A DNA stretch of 63,585 nucleotides, counting the filler, from Salisapilia sapeloensis CBS 127946 (lineage: Eukaryota; Protista; Oomycota): the NCBI GenBank assembly GCA_023334545.1. It is 13 parts of 13 records of this genome, joined end to end, with 100 filler letters (N's around TTAATTAATTAA, not from the genome) between each part and the next. Parts side by side here need not be neighbours in the genome. Positions count along the whole stretch, not along the records: positions 11,185 to 27,703 come from JAADVB010000352.1; 12 more parts are not named here. One strand, written 5' to 3'. Both the position numbers and the translations under genes were made by a program. Of the stretch, positions 11,085 to 23,664 are shown piece after piece. The number at the start of each line of letters is the position of its first letter. The first letter of the stretch is position 1. The notes under the pieces were generated by a model, which saw nothing but the letters and a program-made list of their open reading frames with translations, was not told where the DNA came from and ran no database searches.

Positions 11085-11184
11085 NNNNNNNNNNNNNNNN
11101 NNNNNNNNNNNNNNNNNNNNNNNNNNNNTTAATTAATTAANNNNNNNNNNNNNNNNNNNNNNNNNNNNNNNNNNNNNNNNNNNN
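11085..11184. other. Artificial contig-joining spacer (44 N + TTAATTAATTAA + 44 N); first of 12
   Basis: Identical 100-nt spacers also occur at 27704-27803, 43659-43758, 44923-45022, 47331-47430, 48728-48827, 52261-52360, 53501-53600, 54875-54974, 56314-56413, 58837-58936 and 61678-61777. The core is palindromic with stops in all six frames. ORFs ending or starting with X..LIN are artefacts of it. Confidence 0.99.
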
Positions 11185-11458
11185 GACATCCTGCCATCGG
11201 GTCCAGCACAATGTACCAGACCATGTATATGGCTGCAAGCGGTGCGGCGATGTTGAGCACGATCAGGTCTCCGAACGGCAAGTCCTTGATAAAGTCCGGT
11301 GTTGGTGCCAGCGGCCCAGACTCGGCCATCAGCATCATTGCCGTGATAAGGATCGGCCAAATGCAAATCATGTGAAGCACTTGGTTCATAAAGTTGTCAT
11401 GGTATGACATGTAGAATGTCATTTGCTTTTCCAAGTCGAACCGATCTTGTATCGCCAT
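11185..11458 (-). CDS. Mpo1/DUF962-family membrane protein, 5' part (truncated by contig end)
   Basis: MAIQDRFDLEKQMTFYMSYHDNFMNQVLHMICIWPIL matches the Mpo1/YGL010w N-terminal FY.SYH.N.VN..IH motif. Confidence 0.85.
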
Positions 11459-11978
11459 GGTGTTTGCTACTTGTAGGAAGATGTGAAAATGGAACCGTGC
11501 ACGCCTCTCTTGCAGCCTCACGTGCGTGGCATCTTCAATGTCAACGTCGTAAACTACCTCCGATTGGAAAGTTACTTGTAAAATATGTGCTTTTCTTGTC
11601 GGTACTCGGTCCGCTGTAGTCTAGCGCTCTTTTCTGCGTGCAATAGCATCAGATGCGTATCATTCTTTTCAAAGGTCTCTAATCGTGATTCGTACAAACT
11701 TGATCTCGGATAATACTGATTAGTACACGCGCTATGCAGAACAAGCATGGGACTTATAAACGGCAAAGAATGTCTACTTTCTTTGTGACTTTTTAAAGCT
11801 ACCAACAGTATGCTAAGATTTGAATCTTCTCTCTGTACTTAAGCCAATTGGAGTACATTTTACTTATTTTGACAAATCAGACGCATGTATTATAATAAAG
11901 ACACAGACTTGCTGACAGATTTAGCCATCCGGTTCACCGTACTTTCTCCCATTTTGCCTATCTCCAAGATCATTCGAC

Positions 11979-13076
11979 ATGTCGTGCTGTAAGCCATCCG
12001 AAGATCACGTACGTGATAATGTTAAACAGTACTATGGGGAAACCCTGCAAAAGACAAGTGATTTGAAGACATCCGCATGCACTACCGCTGGACCACCTCC
12101 GAAAGAACTCGCCTCTATCTTGGCCAAGATTCCAGACGAAGTCGTTGCCAAGTACTATGGCTGTGGGACGCCCATTCCCTTTGGTATCAATGGCCTGGAC
12201 GTGCTAGACCTCGGGTCTGGTAGTGGTCGAGATGTGTATCTTGTCTCGGCACTCGTAGGCGAGTCCGGGTCCTCCACCGGCGTCGACATGACCGATGAGC
12301 AGTTAGACGTGGCGAAGAGGCACACGGATGAGTTCATCAAGAGCATGCAATTCAAGCAGTCGAATATGCACTTTAAGAAAGGATATATCGAATTGCTATC
12401 TGACGCTGGCATCGAGTCCAACAGCATGGATCTGGTCATCTCAAACTGTGTCATTAACCTGTCGCCGAACAAGCCCAAGGTCCTGCAGGAAGTCGCGCGA
12501 GTGCTTCGAGAAGGCGGCGAGCTCTACTTCTCTGACGTATACGCTGACCGTCGTCTCCCGGAATCCGTCTCCTCGGATCCGATTTTGCATGGCGAGTGCA
12601 TCGGCGGTGCGCTGTATGTGGAAGACTTTAAACGCATCTGCCGTCAAGTCGGATTGGGTGAGCCTCGTGAGCTCAGCAGTTCGTACATTTCGGTCGACGA
12701 CGAGCGGTTGGCGGATTTGGTCGGTAACACCAAGTTCTACAGCATCACATACCGGTGCTTTAAGCTGAAAGACGTCGAGAGTGGTGTGTATGAAGAGGAT
12801 TACGGTCAAGTTGCCAAGTATCTCGGTGGTATTCCAGGACACAAGCACGGATATGCGTTGGATGAAGAGTACTACTTTGAGACGGACAAATTGACGCCTG
12901 TGGGAGGAAATACTGCTACAATTTTAACCAAGTCCTGGCTTGCCAAGTACTTTGAAGTCCTTGGCGACACAAGTAAGCACTATGGGCCTTTCCACACGAC
13001 ACCAAAGGAAATCATGCCTATGGACGAAAGTTCTGGAGGTGATGCTGGTGGGAATGGTGGAAGCTGCTGTGGCTAG
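11979..13076 (+). CDS. AS3MT: Arsenite S-adenosylmethionine methyltransferase (AS3MT/ArsM)
   Basis: YYG..LQKTSDLKTSAC, KYYGCG, VLDLGSGSGRD, ISNCVINLS, LREGGELYFSDVY, GECIGGALY; Cys pairs at both termini. Confidence 0.95.
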   Translation: MSCCKPSEDHVRDNVKQYYGETLQKTSDLKTSACTTAGPPPKELASILAKIPDEVVAKYYGCGTPIPFGINGLDVLDLGSGSGRDVYLVSALVGESGSSTGVDMTDEQLDVAKRHTDEFIKSMQFKQSNMHFKKGYIELLSDAGIESNSMDLVISNCVINLSPNKPKVLQEVARVLREGGELYFSDVYADRRLPESVSSDPILHGECIGGALYVEDFKRICRQVGLGEPRELSSSYISVDDERLADLVGNTKFYSITYRCFKLKDVESGVYEEDYGQVAKYLGGIPGHKHGYALDEEYYFETDKLTPVGGNTATILTKSWLAKYFEVLGDTSKHYGPFHTTPKEIMPMDESSGGDAGGNGGSCCG

Positions 13077-13214
13077 ACTGGGCTCTCTAGTCGGATTATA
13101 AAACAATAAAGAAAAGAAAGCAGTTTTATGCAATGGAAGATCGTTTCATCCTCTTTGACAAGTCGTATCGTTAAGAGTCGCCGTCCCAGGAAGGTTGTGT
13201 AGGATCCTAGAAGT

Positions 13215-15553
13215 ATGAGGCTACAGCATTCACAGCTCCCAACGAACCACCATCGAGAGATTGTGACAGCATGCTGCTGGACACCTGAGAACGATGCTAT
13301 CACTTGTAGTGATGACAAGAACATCGTACGATGGCGGATGGACGGAGAAGTTGTTGGGAACGTCGCTACTACGGACACGTTCGTCACAGCCGTTGACTGG
13401 GTGCCTTCCGTCGGAAAGCATTCGGCCGATACCTTTGCCATTGCATGCACCGATGGTATGTGCTATCTACTCATATCCCTGCCTTTGCTAACATTGTCCT
13501 AGGTACCGTTCGTCTCATCTCCCGTAATGGACGAGAAGAGAAGCGTGTGAACGTGTCTGATGCTGGTGCGGTCATCTGCCTGAAATGGAACTACGACGGG
13601 ACGGCTCTTGTCACTGCTGGAGAAGATGGATGCGTGAAGATCTGGTCTCGAAGTGGAAACCTCCGATCGACACTCGCGGCGACTGGTCGATCCGTCTACG
13701 CTGTCTGCTGGGGACCAGACAGTGATCAGCTCCTCTTTACGAATGACAAGCAATTGGTAATCAAAACAGTACAAATTGGACGCAAGGATATTCAATGGAA
13801 AGCTCATGACGGCGCAATTCTAGCACTTGATTGGAATCCGATCAACAATCGACTGCTTTCAGGTGGAGAAGACCGTGTCTTTCGAGTGTGGGATGCCTTT
13901 GGGCGTCAATTATACCAAAGTTCTGTTGGAGAGCATGTTATCACATCTGTGGCCTGGTGTCCAAACGGAGAGAGCTTTGCTGTGGGATCGTACAACCTCC
14001 TGAGACTGTGTGATCAGACGGGATGGACATATTGTCGTGAAAGACCGAACTGTGGCTCTCCAATGGACATCGCTTGGGCTTCCGATGGCACTCAGTTTGT
14101 TGCTGCTGGTGGAAATGGCGCAACTGTGTTCTCTCAAATCGTTGACCGTGTACTCGAATGGAATAAAATTGAGGTTAAGCTCGTGGAACCTCGCAAAGTG
14201 CACGTCCATGATGTTCAGACGGAAACGTTGGAAGAGCTTGACTTTGTACGTGATCGAGTGATTGAAATGTCCTTTGCGCATGGTGTTCTCGTTGTATGCA
14301 CAGCGACCCAGTGCTTTCTTTACTCGGCTCAAAATTGGAACACGCCTCACATCTTTGACTTGCGTGCCAACGTGAACTTGATCGTCCAAAGCGAAACCCA
14401 CTTCCTGACCGCAGACAATCTGCATGGACTACAGGTGTATTCGTACGATGGTAAACACGTCAGCAGTCCCAAGTTTGCCGGTATGCACGTTGAATTTCTC
14501 AATCGTTTGACCGTGTCATTGAGTACGGATACTCTGGCGATACTCGACCATTCGGATCGAAAGAGCATTCGGTGCTTTGATGTTGTCACTGGAAATGCTT
14601 TAGCTAATGTCATCACGCATCCTATGGAGATTCTCGAGCTTGCTTTAAGCCATTACGGTTCTTTGGAAGAGAGGAAGCTCTACTTTATTGATCGGAACCG
14701 TGATATGTATATCAGTCGTGTCTGCAACAAAGGGAACGTCAAACTACACGCTCAAGTAGATTCTGCAGCGTGGAACGACACATCAGAGGTGCTTGTGGCG
14801 ATCGCAGACGGCATGCTTGTCACCTGGACATACCCATCTATCGTGTACGTCGACCAAACTCTCCTCCATGATGTTGTCGAGAGTCGAGATGCTAGTAACT
14901 TCCTCAAACTTGCTTCCATCACGACTTTCGTCGGCTCCACTTTATCTGTCCGTCGAGCTGATGGAACGACGTTGGCTGCAACTATATCGCCCTACCCAGG
15001 GATGCTTTATGAGTTTACGAACACGTCAGACTGGGACAAAGCCGTCCGTCTCTGTCGTTTTGTCAAAGCTCGTAGTCTTTGGACATGCCTCGCTGGTATG
15101 GCCTTACACAGACGTCACTTAGAGACAGCAGAAGTGACTTTGGCTGCAATCGACTGCATTGACAAGCTCTACTTTATCTTGCATGTCAAGAGCATCCAGT
15201 GTGACGAGCGTCGGAACGCCGAATTGGCGTTATATGCTGGTACAGCCGATGAAGCAGAAGCCATCCTCCTTCAGGCACATCCAGTTCCGTTCGTCTATCG
15301 AGCTATCAAGATGAACATTCGTCTATTTCGATGGGATCGAGCGCTAGAGCTTGCGTTAAAGCACACGACGGAAGCTGGAACGCATGTAGATACGGTCTTA
15401 GCGTATCGAGAACGCTTTCTCGCTGCCAACAAACTGCAGGAGACCGATCCAAAGTTCCTTCAGTATGCCAAGGAAGTGACGGTGGATTGGGAAACGATCT
15501 CTAAGAAGAAGGAGATGGAGCGCGAGCGTGAGACACAGTCGAGACGCAAGTAG
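13215..15553 (+). CDS. IFT80: Intraflagellar transport protein 80 (2 exons; intron 13456-13502)
   Basis: WD40 repeats (TAGEDGCVKIWSRSGNLRS, WKAHDG, SGGEDRVFRVWD), NWNTPHIFDL, and C-terminal RAIKMNIRLFRWDRALELA...THVDTVLAYR. The 47-nt GT-AG intron restores the frame. Confidence 0.95.
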
Positions 15554-15597
15554 GGATAATGAACACGCTATCAAGTTGCTTTTATTTCCTGTATCGT

Positions 15598-16561
<964 letters not shown>

Positions 16562-16772
16562 TTACAGTATAAAACATGCTTTTAAAACGACAGAGGCACT
16601 AAAGCATGATCAAACCAAGTGATTTGTATTGTATAGGAGATATGATTGGATACGCGAAAGGTAAATTGTCGCAGAGATATTATTTCGTACGATTTACAAA
16701 TTAATCTTGTGATACTTGATATCATTTGGAGCCACAAGCAGTACTCCAGACCACAAGTAGACAGATAGCTGC

Positions 16773-18886
16773 ATGATTCAGTCTGGTGTCAAGTCGGACG
16801 GATCGAATAAAGACAAAGCTCTTACGTACACTATGTTCGGCAGTTCAGACAGTGATGGACAGGACCCTCCACCTCCACGACCGAAGGACCCTACGAGCAC
16901 GGAGGAAGAGGAGGAGGAAGAGGAAATTGTCGAAGAGGATTCTTCCAAACCTGCAACAGAAGAAGAGGAGGAACAAGAGCACAGTTCCAATGAGCAAGCA
17001 AATGACATGACTGGTTCCCAAACGGACGACATGAATGGTCCATCCCACGACATCCTCGCATTGACTAAAGGAGTGCTCGTGAGCATCCAATGGACCCCGG
17101 ATGTCGCACAGCGCGTTCCTCATACCATACGCAAGGTCGGTGTCATTGAAGAAGTGCCACAACACCCGAACACGTGGTACAGAGTACGTATTCGCGACGG
17201 AGACGTCGTGTACAAATACAGACCATCCGCCTTGCGCTTACTAGAGGCCGGCACGAGTCCATCTGAGACGCTTCCGAGTGTGCAAGACAGTCAGGAGCCT
17301 CAAGAGAAAGCGGCTGAAATAGACGAAGCCGACGGTGACGACGAACGAGAGGAGGAGTATGACGAAGACGACGTGTCCGAGGCCGAGAGCAAGGAGGAGT
17401 GGAGTCCAGGCCAGCGCGTGAAAATCATTCCGGATCGAGATGACGCTGGCCATGTCGTGCTGAAGAATGCAGACAAGGAAGGAGAAGTCCAAAGTGTACG
17501 TCTATCTATCCATTAACTTGATCTAAAGCTCATGTCATATGGGTATTAGCAATCCGGGAATACTGTCAAAGTACGTCTGGACGGACGTATCGAAAGCATT
17601 CGAGTCGATACACGCCACCTGCAACTCTCCTCTACGACGAAACCCGTTAAGAAACCTAAAGTACGTTCATATATGCTACACATCCTACAAGCATCTAAAA
17701 ATACATCTAGTCCAAGATTCTACCCATCACACAACCGACAAGAGGAAAGCTATTGTCCACACTTGATCCTGAGCTCTGGGTCGACCGCAAGTGCCGCATC
17801 AACGTCGGCAAGTTCAAAGGCAAACACGGCCGCGTCCTTCGATCTGGCAACGGCTGGGTGCAACTCCGACTCGTGCATTCGAACCAAAACACGGCTAAAA
17901 GAGCGTACGAACTGACGTTGCTAGAGGACTTGCAAGGTATGGACGTCGACAAGTTGTCCACTGGAGCTCTGCAAGTCGAGTCCGAGGACGTGAGTGAAGA
18001 TCCGACGGAAGAGTCTGGGGGAGACGAAAGCTCGTCATCAAAGCCTCCTACAAGACAAAGTCGGAATAGTAGTGCGAGTAGTTGGGTCGGTCGAAAGGTT
18101 GTTCTGCCTTATCGACGTGGCGTCGGACTGGTGAAGAAAGCCGATAGGGATAACTGTACGGTCGAAGTCGGAGTGGCAAAAGTCTTGAAAACGTTTAAAG
18201 TAAAGGAGCTGCAATTGTTGGATGAAGAGGATGAAGGAAACGTCGTGCGTGGACGACAGAGTCAGCGGAGTCGGAGTAACTTAAAAGCTCGAGAGCGACT
18301 GGGACTGACAGATGACGTTACGTTGATGGGGACGAGTCCAGCTCGGTACGTTGCGTTCCAGGACCAAGTTCGTCGGTTCGTCATGCGTCGTCGGGATAAA
18401 GTGAAGCGACGTCCGAACTTGCAAGAGTGGGTGGCGCAGATCGATTTGAAACTGCGTCCGAACGCGTGGAAGGAAGAGCGAGATGAGAAAATAGTAGACC
18501 TACTCGTCGTTCCTCAGTGTGAGATTTGTGGGACGGAGAAGGAGGATGTGCATGGAGATTGTTATAACATCGAGTGTCCGTGCTGTCCATTGTTTGACGT
18601 GGACAAGACGCGTGGGGAGGAAGAGAAGATAGCCAGGTGTCCTCAGACAGCTTTCGAGAGTAAGTTTGTCACGGGTAGTGTCGTCGTAAAGCGGAAGCGG
18701 ACGAAGAATTCGGATGAGAAACAGAGTAAGGCCATCAAGGTGGAGGTCAAGGAGGAACCAGAGGGAGATGGAAAAGAAAGTGTGCAGGCGGAAGAGGAGA
18801 ATGGCCAGCCAGAAGCAACTCATGAGGAACAGGAAGAACAGGAGGAAGAGTACCCACCAGAGTATGAAGCAGTCATGTCGACATGA
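16773..18886 (+). CDS. Uncharacterised acidic protein with ~4 KOW/SH3-like barrels and a C-terminal Cys cluster, multi-exon
   Basis: Repeated small beta-barrel motifs (KVGVIEEV..WYRVRI; PGQRVKI; CRINVGKFKGKHGRVLRSGNGWVQL; WVGRKVVL..GVGLVKK) separated by E/D-rich linkers, plus CEIC..CYNIECPCCP. Confidence 0.65.
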
Positions 18887-19069
18887 TGCTTTTGTTTTGG
18901 ACAAGGACTGTTGGAAATACAAATCGATGCTTTGGACTTTTGCAATGAATACTTTGTTGGCAAGATATAAGTTTAGCAACGAGCCGTTGAAACTGTGATT
19001 AAGGTAGGATAAGATGGCTAGGAATGTGAGAACAGCAAAGGTACGATTGGACTTTTAGATGCAAAGTAC

Positions 19070-20447
19070 ATGCCGAAGCAGAAGGTCAAGGCGAAGGCGA
19101 CAGCAATTGCAGTCAAACCTTCGATCGATAACGATCATGCGGGACATGGCCAGCTTAACAATAGTAAGAGTACGAGCGTGATCAAGCCTAGAAAGGAAGG
19201 AAAGCCTGGGATTCAAGGCAGCAAGAGCTTGGGAGCGAGTGTTGGGAGAGCTCGAGAGAAGTCATCGCAAAGAGCAAAGAGTCTTACGGTTCATGCGAAC
19301 GACCAAGCTATAGTCGATGTACAACAGGAACACCCAGATACCTCTGCATCGAATGAACTGGCAAAGAAGCAAGCTTTGAAAAAAGCTGCTCGAAGACGAC
19401 GAGGTGGTGATATTGTTCTCGATCGGTCTGCGACTATAGAAGTCGTCATGAAGTACCAACGTAAGTTGCATCTTGGAGTCTTTAACCTACCTAGATGTCT
19501 TACTGAAAGGAATGATAGTTGGTCAGTATGAGCTAAAGAAGTTCAGACTTTGCTTTCAACAAATCGATCTCGAGTACGTACATTGGAAGCAAGTATCTTG
19601 TTCTTTTCATTTATGTCTTGCAATGCACAGTTCGAGTGGGATGATCGACTATGAAGAATTTTTCGAGTTCATTGATGAGAACAAGACTCCATTCTCACTC
19701 AGTCTGTTCAAGATGATCGACTCGGACGCGAATGGATCGGTAACTTACCATGAATAGCTCTTTGAATGCTTCTTAGGTAGTGAATGTTTTATTTGGTAGA
19801 TCGATTACGAAGAGTTTGTGCATGCCACAGTCTTATACTGCATGTACACTCGAGACGAGATACTTCACTGTAAGGCTACTTTCATTCTGCAAGTCTTCTT
19901 TGATCTCAATTTCTACCTTTTGTCTAGTTGCTTTCGATGCGTTTGATCCAAATCACACAGGCTCCATCGGTGAAAAAGAGTTCAAGGCCTTAATCGACGT
20001 GGTGAACGACGGTCGGCCTGTGTTTCCAGGCAACTTAAAAAACGCCTTATCAGAGTTCGATAGGTACACCACACTTTTCTACCTTTTGTTATCTACCTTT
20101 TGAACTAATTCATATTCATAGGAACAAGGATGGCGTATTGGACTTTGAAGAGTTCAAACTCATGAACAAACGCTTTCCAATACTACTTTTCCCTTGCTTT
20201 CGTCTTCAAGACCGCATGCAAAAGGCGACGTTAGGAGAAAGGCATTGGCATGTACTCCACAAGCGCCTGTACAACCGTCTTAAGCTGGAAATTTACCAGG
20301 TAATAACCATTGCCAATTTATAAATTATACCTAGCTTAGTTGTGTTCATTGTAGCGAAAGCATAATGGAGCTTCCCCTCCTCTATCCTTCTTTGGATCGA
20401 TCAAGAAAGTATTGGGCATCGGACGCATCAGGGTCTATGAGCCGTAG
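19070..20447 (+). CDS. EF-hand Ca2+-binding protein (calcineurin B/recoverin-like), multi-exon
   Basis: EF loops spread across short introns: D..SSGMIDYEEF, DSDANGSIDYEEF, DPNHTGSIGEKEF, DRNKDGVLDFEEF. Basic N-terminal extension. Confidence 0.85.
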
Positions 20448-20500
20448 ACAGCGTAAAGACGAATTATAAGCTTTGCAACGTTCATCAAAATGTTACTACA

Positions 20501-21697
20501 CTACGATTGTCGAAAGCTCCAGTCCATCAAGTCGAGAGGATATACGGGCTTCCCTTCTGCAACGTGGCGAAAGAAGACGACAGGTTCTGGTCCACGCAAT
20601 GGCAATTTCTCCACTTCCTCCAGTGGACACCATGTTGCACCTGCACTTTCATAATCCGGAATGGACTTTGGCGGTTCGTTCACATCCACTGGCTCTGCTG
20701 TCAGGATAAATCGCATTCGAACGTAGTGGTTTTCACGTCCACTGTTCTTGGATCGATCGGACTTTGGATGGTACTCGATTTTGATGACGCCAGTTAGCCT
20801 TACATGCACACCAGCCTCTTCCTTTGTCTCTCGGATCGCTGCCTCCGCGGGATTCTCACCTGGATCCACGCGTCCACCAGGCAGCCAAAATCCCGAATTG
20901 CCAAATTCATGTACGAGTAGAAACTTTTTCGTTTGTGGGTGGCGACAGACGACGAGAGCAAACGCATAGAGGTTACTGTCACTCATGTGGAACTCGCTTG
21001 GCTTCTCTCCTCGACCAGGAGGCCCATGAGCATTGTGCATGTGGACCTGCAGTGGGCTACGAGGTATTTCGCGACAGATAGGACAGGTCAGTCGCGTCGT
21101 ATTGCGTTCATTGATATGAAAAAGCGGACAATGTCTCCACAACTGATCTTCTGACAGGCCAGATCGTGCACAGTATGGACATGTATATCTACGCTGGTCA
21201 CGAGAATTGTGATGATAGCGACGATCGGATGGATGAAGCCATCCATTTGATGACCGCCCTCGGCTCCGATCATCGTAATTTGGCATCTGGTCTTGAGGAT
21301 AACAAGAGCTGATAAAGTGCAACACTTCATGCACATCTCGTATACAGTTTGTGACCATCGACGCTCCGTGTTGAATGCATATATGTCGACCGCGGGGATC
21401 GTCCGCGAAGTGGGCGCTGACGACGCAGAGAAATATCTGCTTGGAAATGGTGCGAGCTACTTGTAACAACTGACCAAGTTCTTCATAGGACATGTTATGG
21501 ATGCGGAAGATGGCAACGGAGATGCTGTAACCAGCTTGTGTTGGAGGAAGGAGCGCGGACTGGAGTGTGGACTGTTGGATGTCTATACATTCTGTTTGAA
21601 AGCCCGTGGCAGAGCACGCTTCGAGACACTGGACACTAAGTGTGTCCATATCATGGTGGAGACTATCCGATTGCTGAATGAGGAGTGCGCGATGCAT
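20501..21697 (-). CDS. Nudix hydrolase with an N-terminal receiver-like domain and Di19-type zinc fingers
   Basis: Intact Nudix box GGRVDPGENPAEAAIRETKEEAG. Two C2H2-like fingers, CPYC..HCPLFH and CPIC..HMHNAH. N-terminal alternating beta/alpha pattern. Confidence 0.85.
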   Translation of the reverse strand: MHRALLIQQSDSLHHDMDTLSVQCLEACSATGFQTECIDIQQSTLQSALLPPTQAGYSISVAIFRIHNMSYEELGQLLQVARTISKQIFLCVVSAHFADDPRGRHICIQHGASMVTNCIRDVHEVLHFISSCYPQDQMPNYDDRSRGRSSNGWLHPSDRRYHHNSRDQRRYTCPYCARSGLSEDQLWRHCPLFHINERNTTRLTCPICREIPRSPLQVHMHNAHGPPGRGEKPSEFHMSDSNLYAFALVVCRHPQTKKFLLVHEFGNSGFWLPGGRVDPGENPAEAAIRETKEEAGVHVRLTGVIKIEYHPKSDRSKNSGRENHYVRMRFILTAEPVDVNEPPKSIPDYESAGATWCPLEEVEKLPLRGPEPVVFFRHVAEGKPVYPLDLMDWSFRQS

Positions 21698-21961
21698 AGT
21701 GCTTAACAGGACGTCAGGATACCGAGCACTGGGGTTTTGGCATATCAAGATGCGTGTAGAAAAACGATTTTTAAAATGTATTCTATTTTGGAGGTTGTAG
21801 CTTGCTTTAGACTTGCTTTCAAAAGGATGAATAATAAATAGATGAGATTTTCATTTACGAATGAAATATGAGAGGTTTAAAATGAAGAGATGCCTTGGAC
21901 ATATCGATTTTGCCACTTCTGAAACGACAAACTTAAATATACGGCTCGTAGGCGAAAGGAA

Positions 21962-23127
21962 ATGGATGACGATGAGCTGGATGGATTAGAAGCAAAGGTA
22001 GAAACTATTGATCAAATAAGGAATTAGCTAGGTCTTTCTTAAGATCATCTAACATTGGTTTCCAGTTGGAAGACCTGACCAAGCAAAATGAAGTGTTGCT
22101 ACAGGAAAATGTCTTGCTGGAAGCATTTTTACAGCATTCGAATGAATCGGGTGATAATAATCACAATGATGGGAATAAAGGTGCAGATGGACGTCGAAGT
22201 CATGCACCACTTGGCGGGAAAATGGGGTCAAGTCGATTTAAAGCTCCCACGACGTTGACTATCGATCAGAAGAACGACTTGGCTAGTGCAGAGCTTGAGC
22301 GCTCTCAAAAGGAGCTGGAAGAGACAAAAAAGTCATCCGAGCGTCTCATTGACACCCTACGGGCTGTACTTGAAGAGACCGATATTCGTATTGCTGAGCT
22401 CAAGAAAGACGCGTACGAGTTTAAACGCGACATCGTCGTTGGGGCGGAAAACTTTCGTACCGGTAAGACGATGGCGGAGAAGATAATCAGGTACATGGAA
22501 GAGAAACTTCGACAGAAAGATGGGATCATTGAGAAGTTGAGGTTGAAAAACGCGACGCTGAAGAATCAAGCTCATAAAATCGATGCTCAACTACGCCATA
22601 AAGAAGAGATGGGTGACTCGTTGCATTATATTGATTTCCATCAACTACAGATAGAGAACAAGCAATATGTGGCAAAAATTGAAGAGCGGAATGAAGAGCT
22701 ACTCCGGTTGAAGCAAACTACTGGCCATACCGTTCAAGTGCTCAACAACTTGAAGAAGCGATTGACGGACCTGACGGAAGAAACGTTGTGGCTCAAGAAA
22801 GAAATTAGCAGTCGTGCGGAGTTGAATGAGAAAATTGTTGAAGAGATTGCCTTGATGGAGGAGAAAAATAGAAAGGAATTGCGCCAACTGCAAGTCATGC
22901 AAACTCAGCAGGCAGGAGAGCCCAGCAGTAACATTCCCCAGGTAGCCACCAGATACTTTTGTTTACTACATCTAGATGATAGCCTTGCATAATAGGTCAT
23001 GGACTACGTTACGCAAAAAGCCAAGATGTACGAGCTCGAGAACGAAGTAAAGAATTACGAGCGAAAGGTGGAGATTGCACAGCGATCTCTCAAGACATAC
23101 AGAAGCAAATCTATGCGTGGTTACTAG
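21962..23127 (+). CDS. CCDC113: Ciliary coiled-coil protein CCDC113/CFAP263 (DUF4201), 3 exons
   Basis: AEKIIRYMEEKLRQKDGIIEKLRLKN and LHYIDFHQLQIENKQY motifs; last exon VMDYVTQKA...NYERKVEIA. Confidence 0.85.
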
Positions 23128-23345
23128 ACAATTTATAAACATAATTTTAATACGAATAGCTTTTCGAGGAAGTAATCGGTTAGTTGGTCATCGCTAAGCG
23201 CAATTTTTTCACCATCTATCAAATATTTTTGAAGAAAAGTCGTTGGACAACCCGATCGCCGTCTGGTCGATTCAAAGTTGGAGCTCAGTCTCGAATTTGC
23301 TCAAAAGGACAGAAGAGAAGAACGAATAACCAAGTAAACAACACC

Positions 23346-23528
23346 ATGGGAAAAGGCAAAGGAGGTCAAAACACTAGTGGGGGTGACTCTGCTAGCAAAG
23401 CGAATGCTAACTTTCACGCCAATCAATCCAATCCGAACAATGCGGCCTACCAGGCTGCCCAGAATAATCGCGCTGCCCAACTGAATCCGAATAATGCGGC
23501 CTACCACAGTTCTCGTAGTGGAAAATAA
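23346..23528 (+). CDS. Small (60 aa) Asn/Gln-rich protein with two 'ANQxNPNNAAY' repeats
   Basis: MGKGKGGQNTSGG...HANQSNPNNAAYQAAQNNRAAQLNPNNAAYHSSRSGK. DNA repeat with a 54-nt period (23430 and 23484); ATG in good context (ACCATGG). Confidence 0.75.
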   Translation: MGKGKGGQNTSGGDSASKANANFHANQSNPNNAAYQAAQNNRAAQLNPNNAAYHSSRSGK

Positions 23529-23664
23529 ACAAGTACGTTTGTACTTCTGAAGCGTAGGAGAGAAGGAGGCTAATGAAGTGACACAATGGAAGCATACTTT
23601 GAACGTTAACTGGTTTTGTATTAGTATCTCATGCTGCAGACGCGTCGTTAGTATCCTTCATTTC

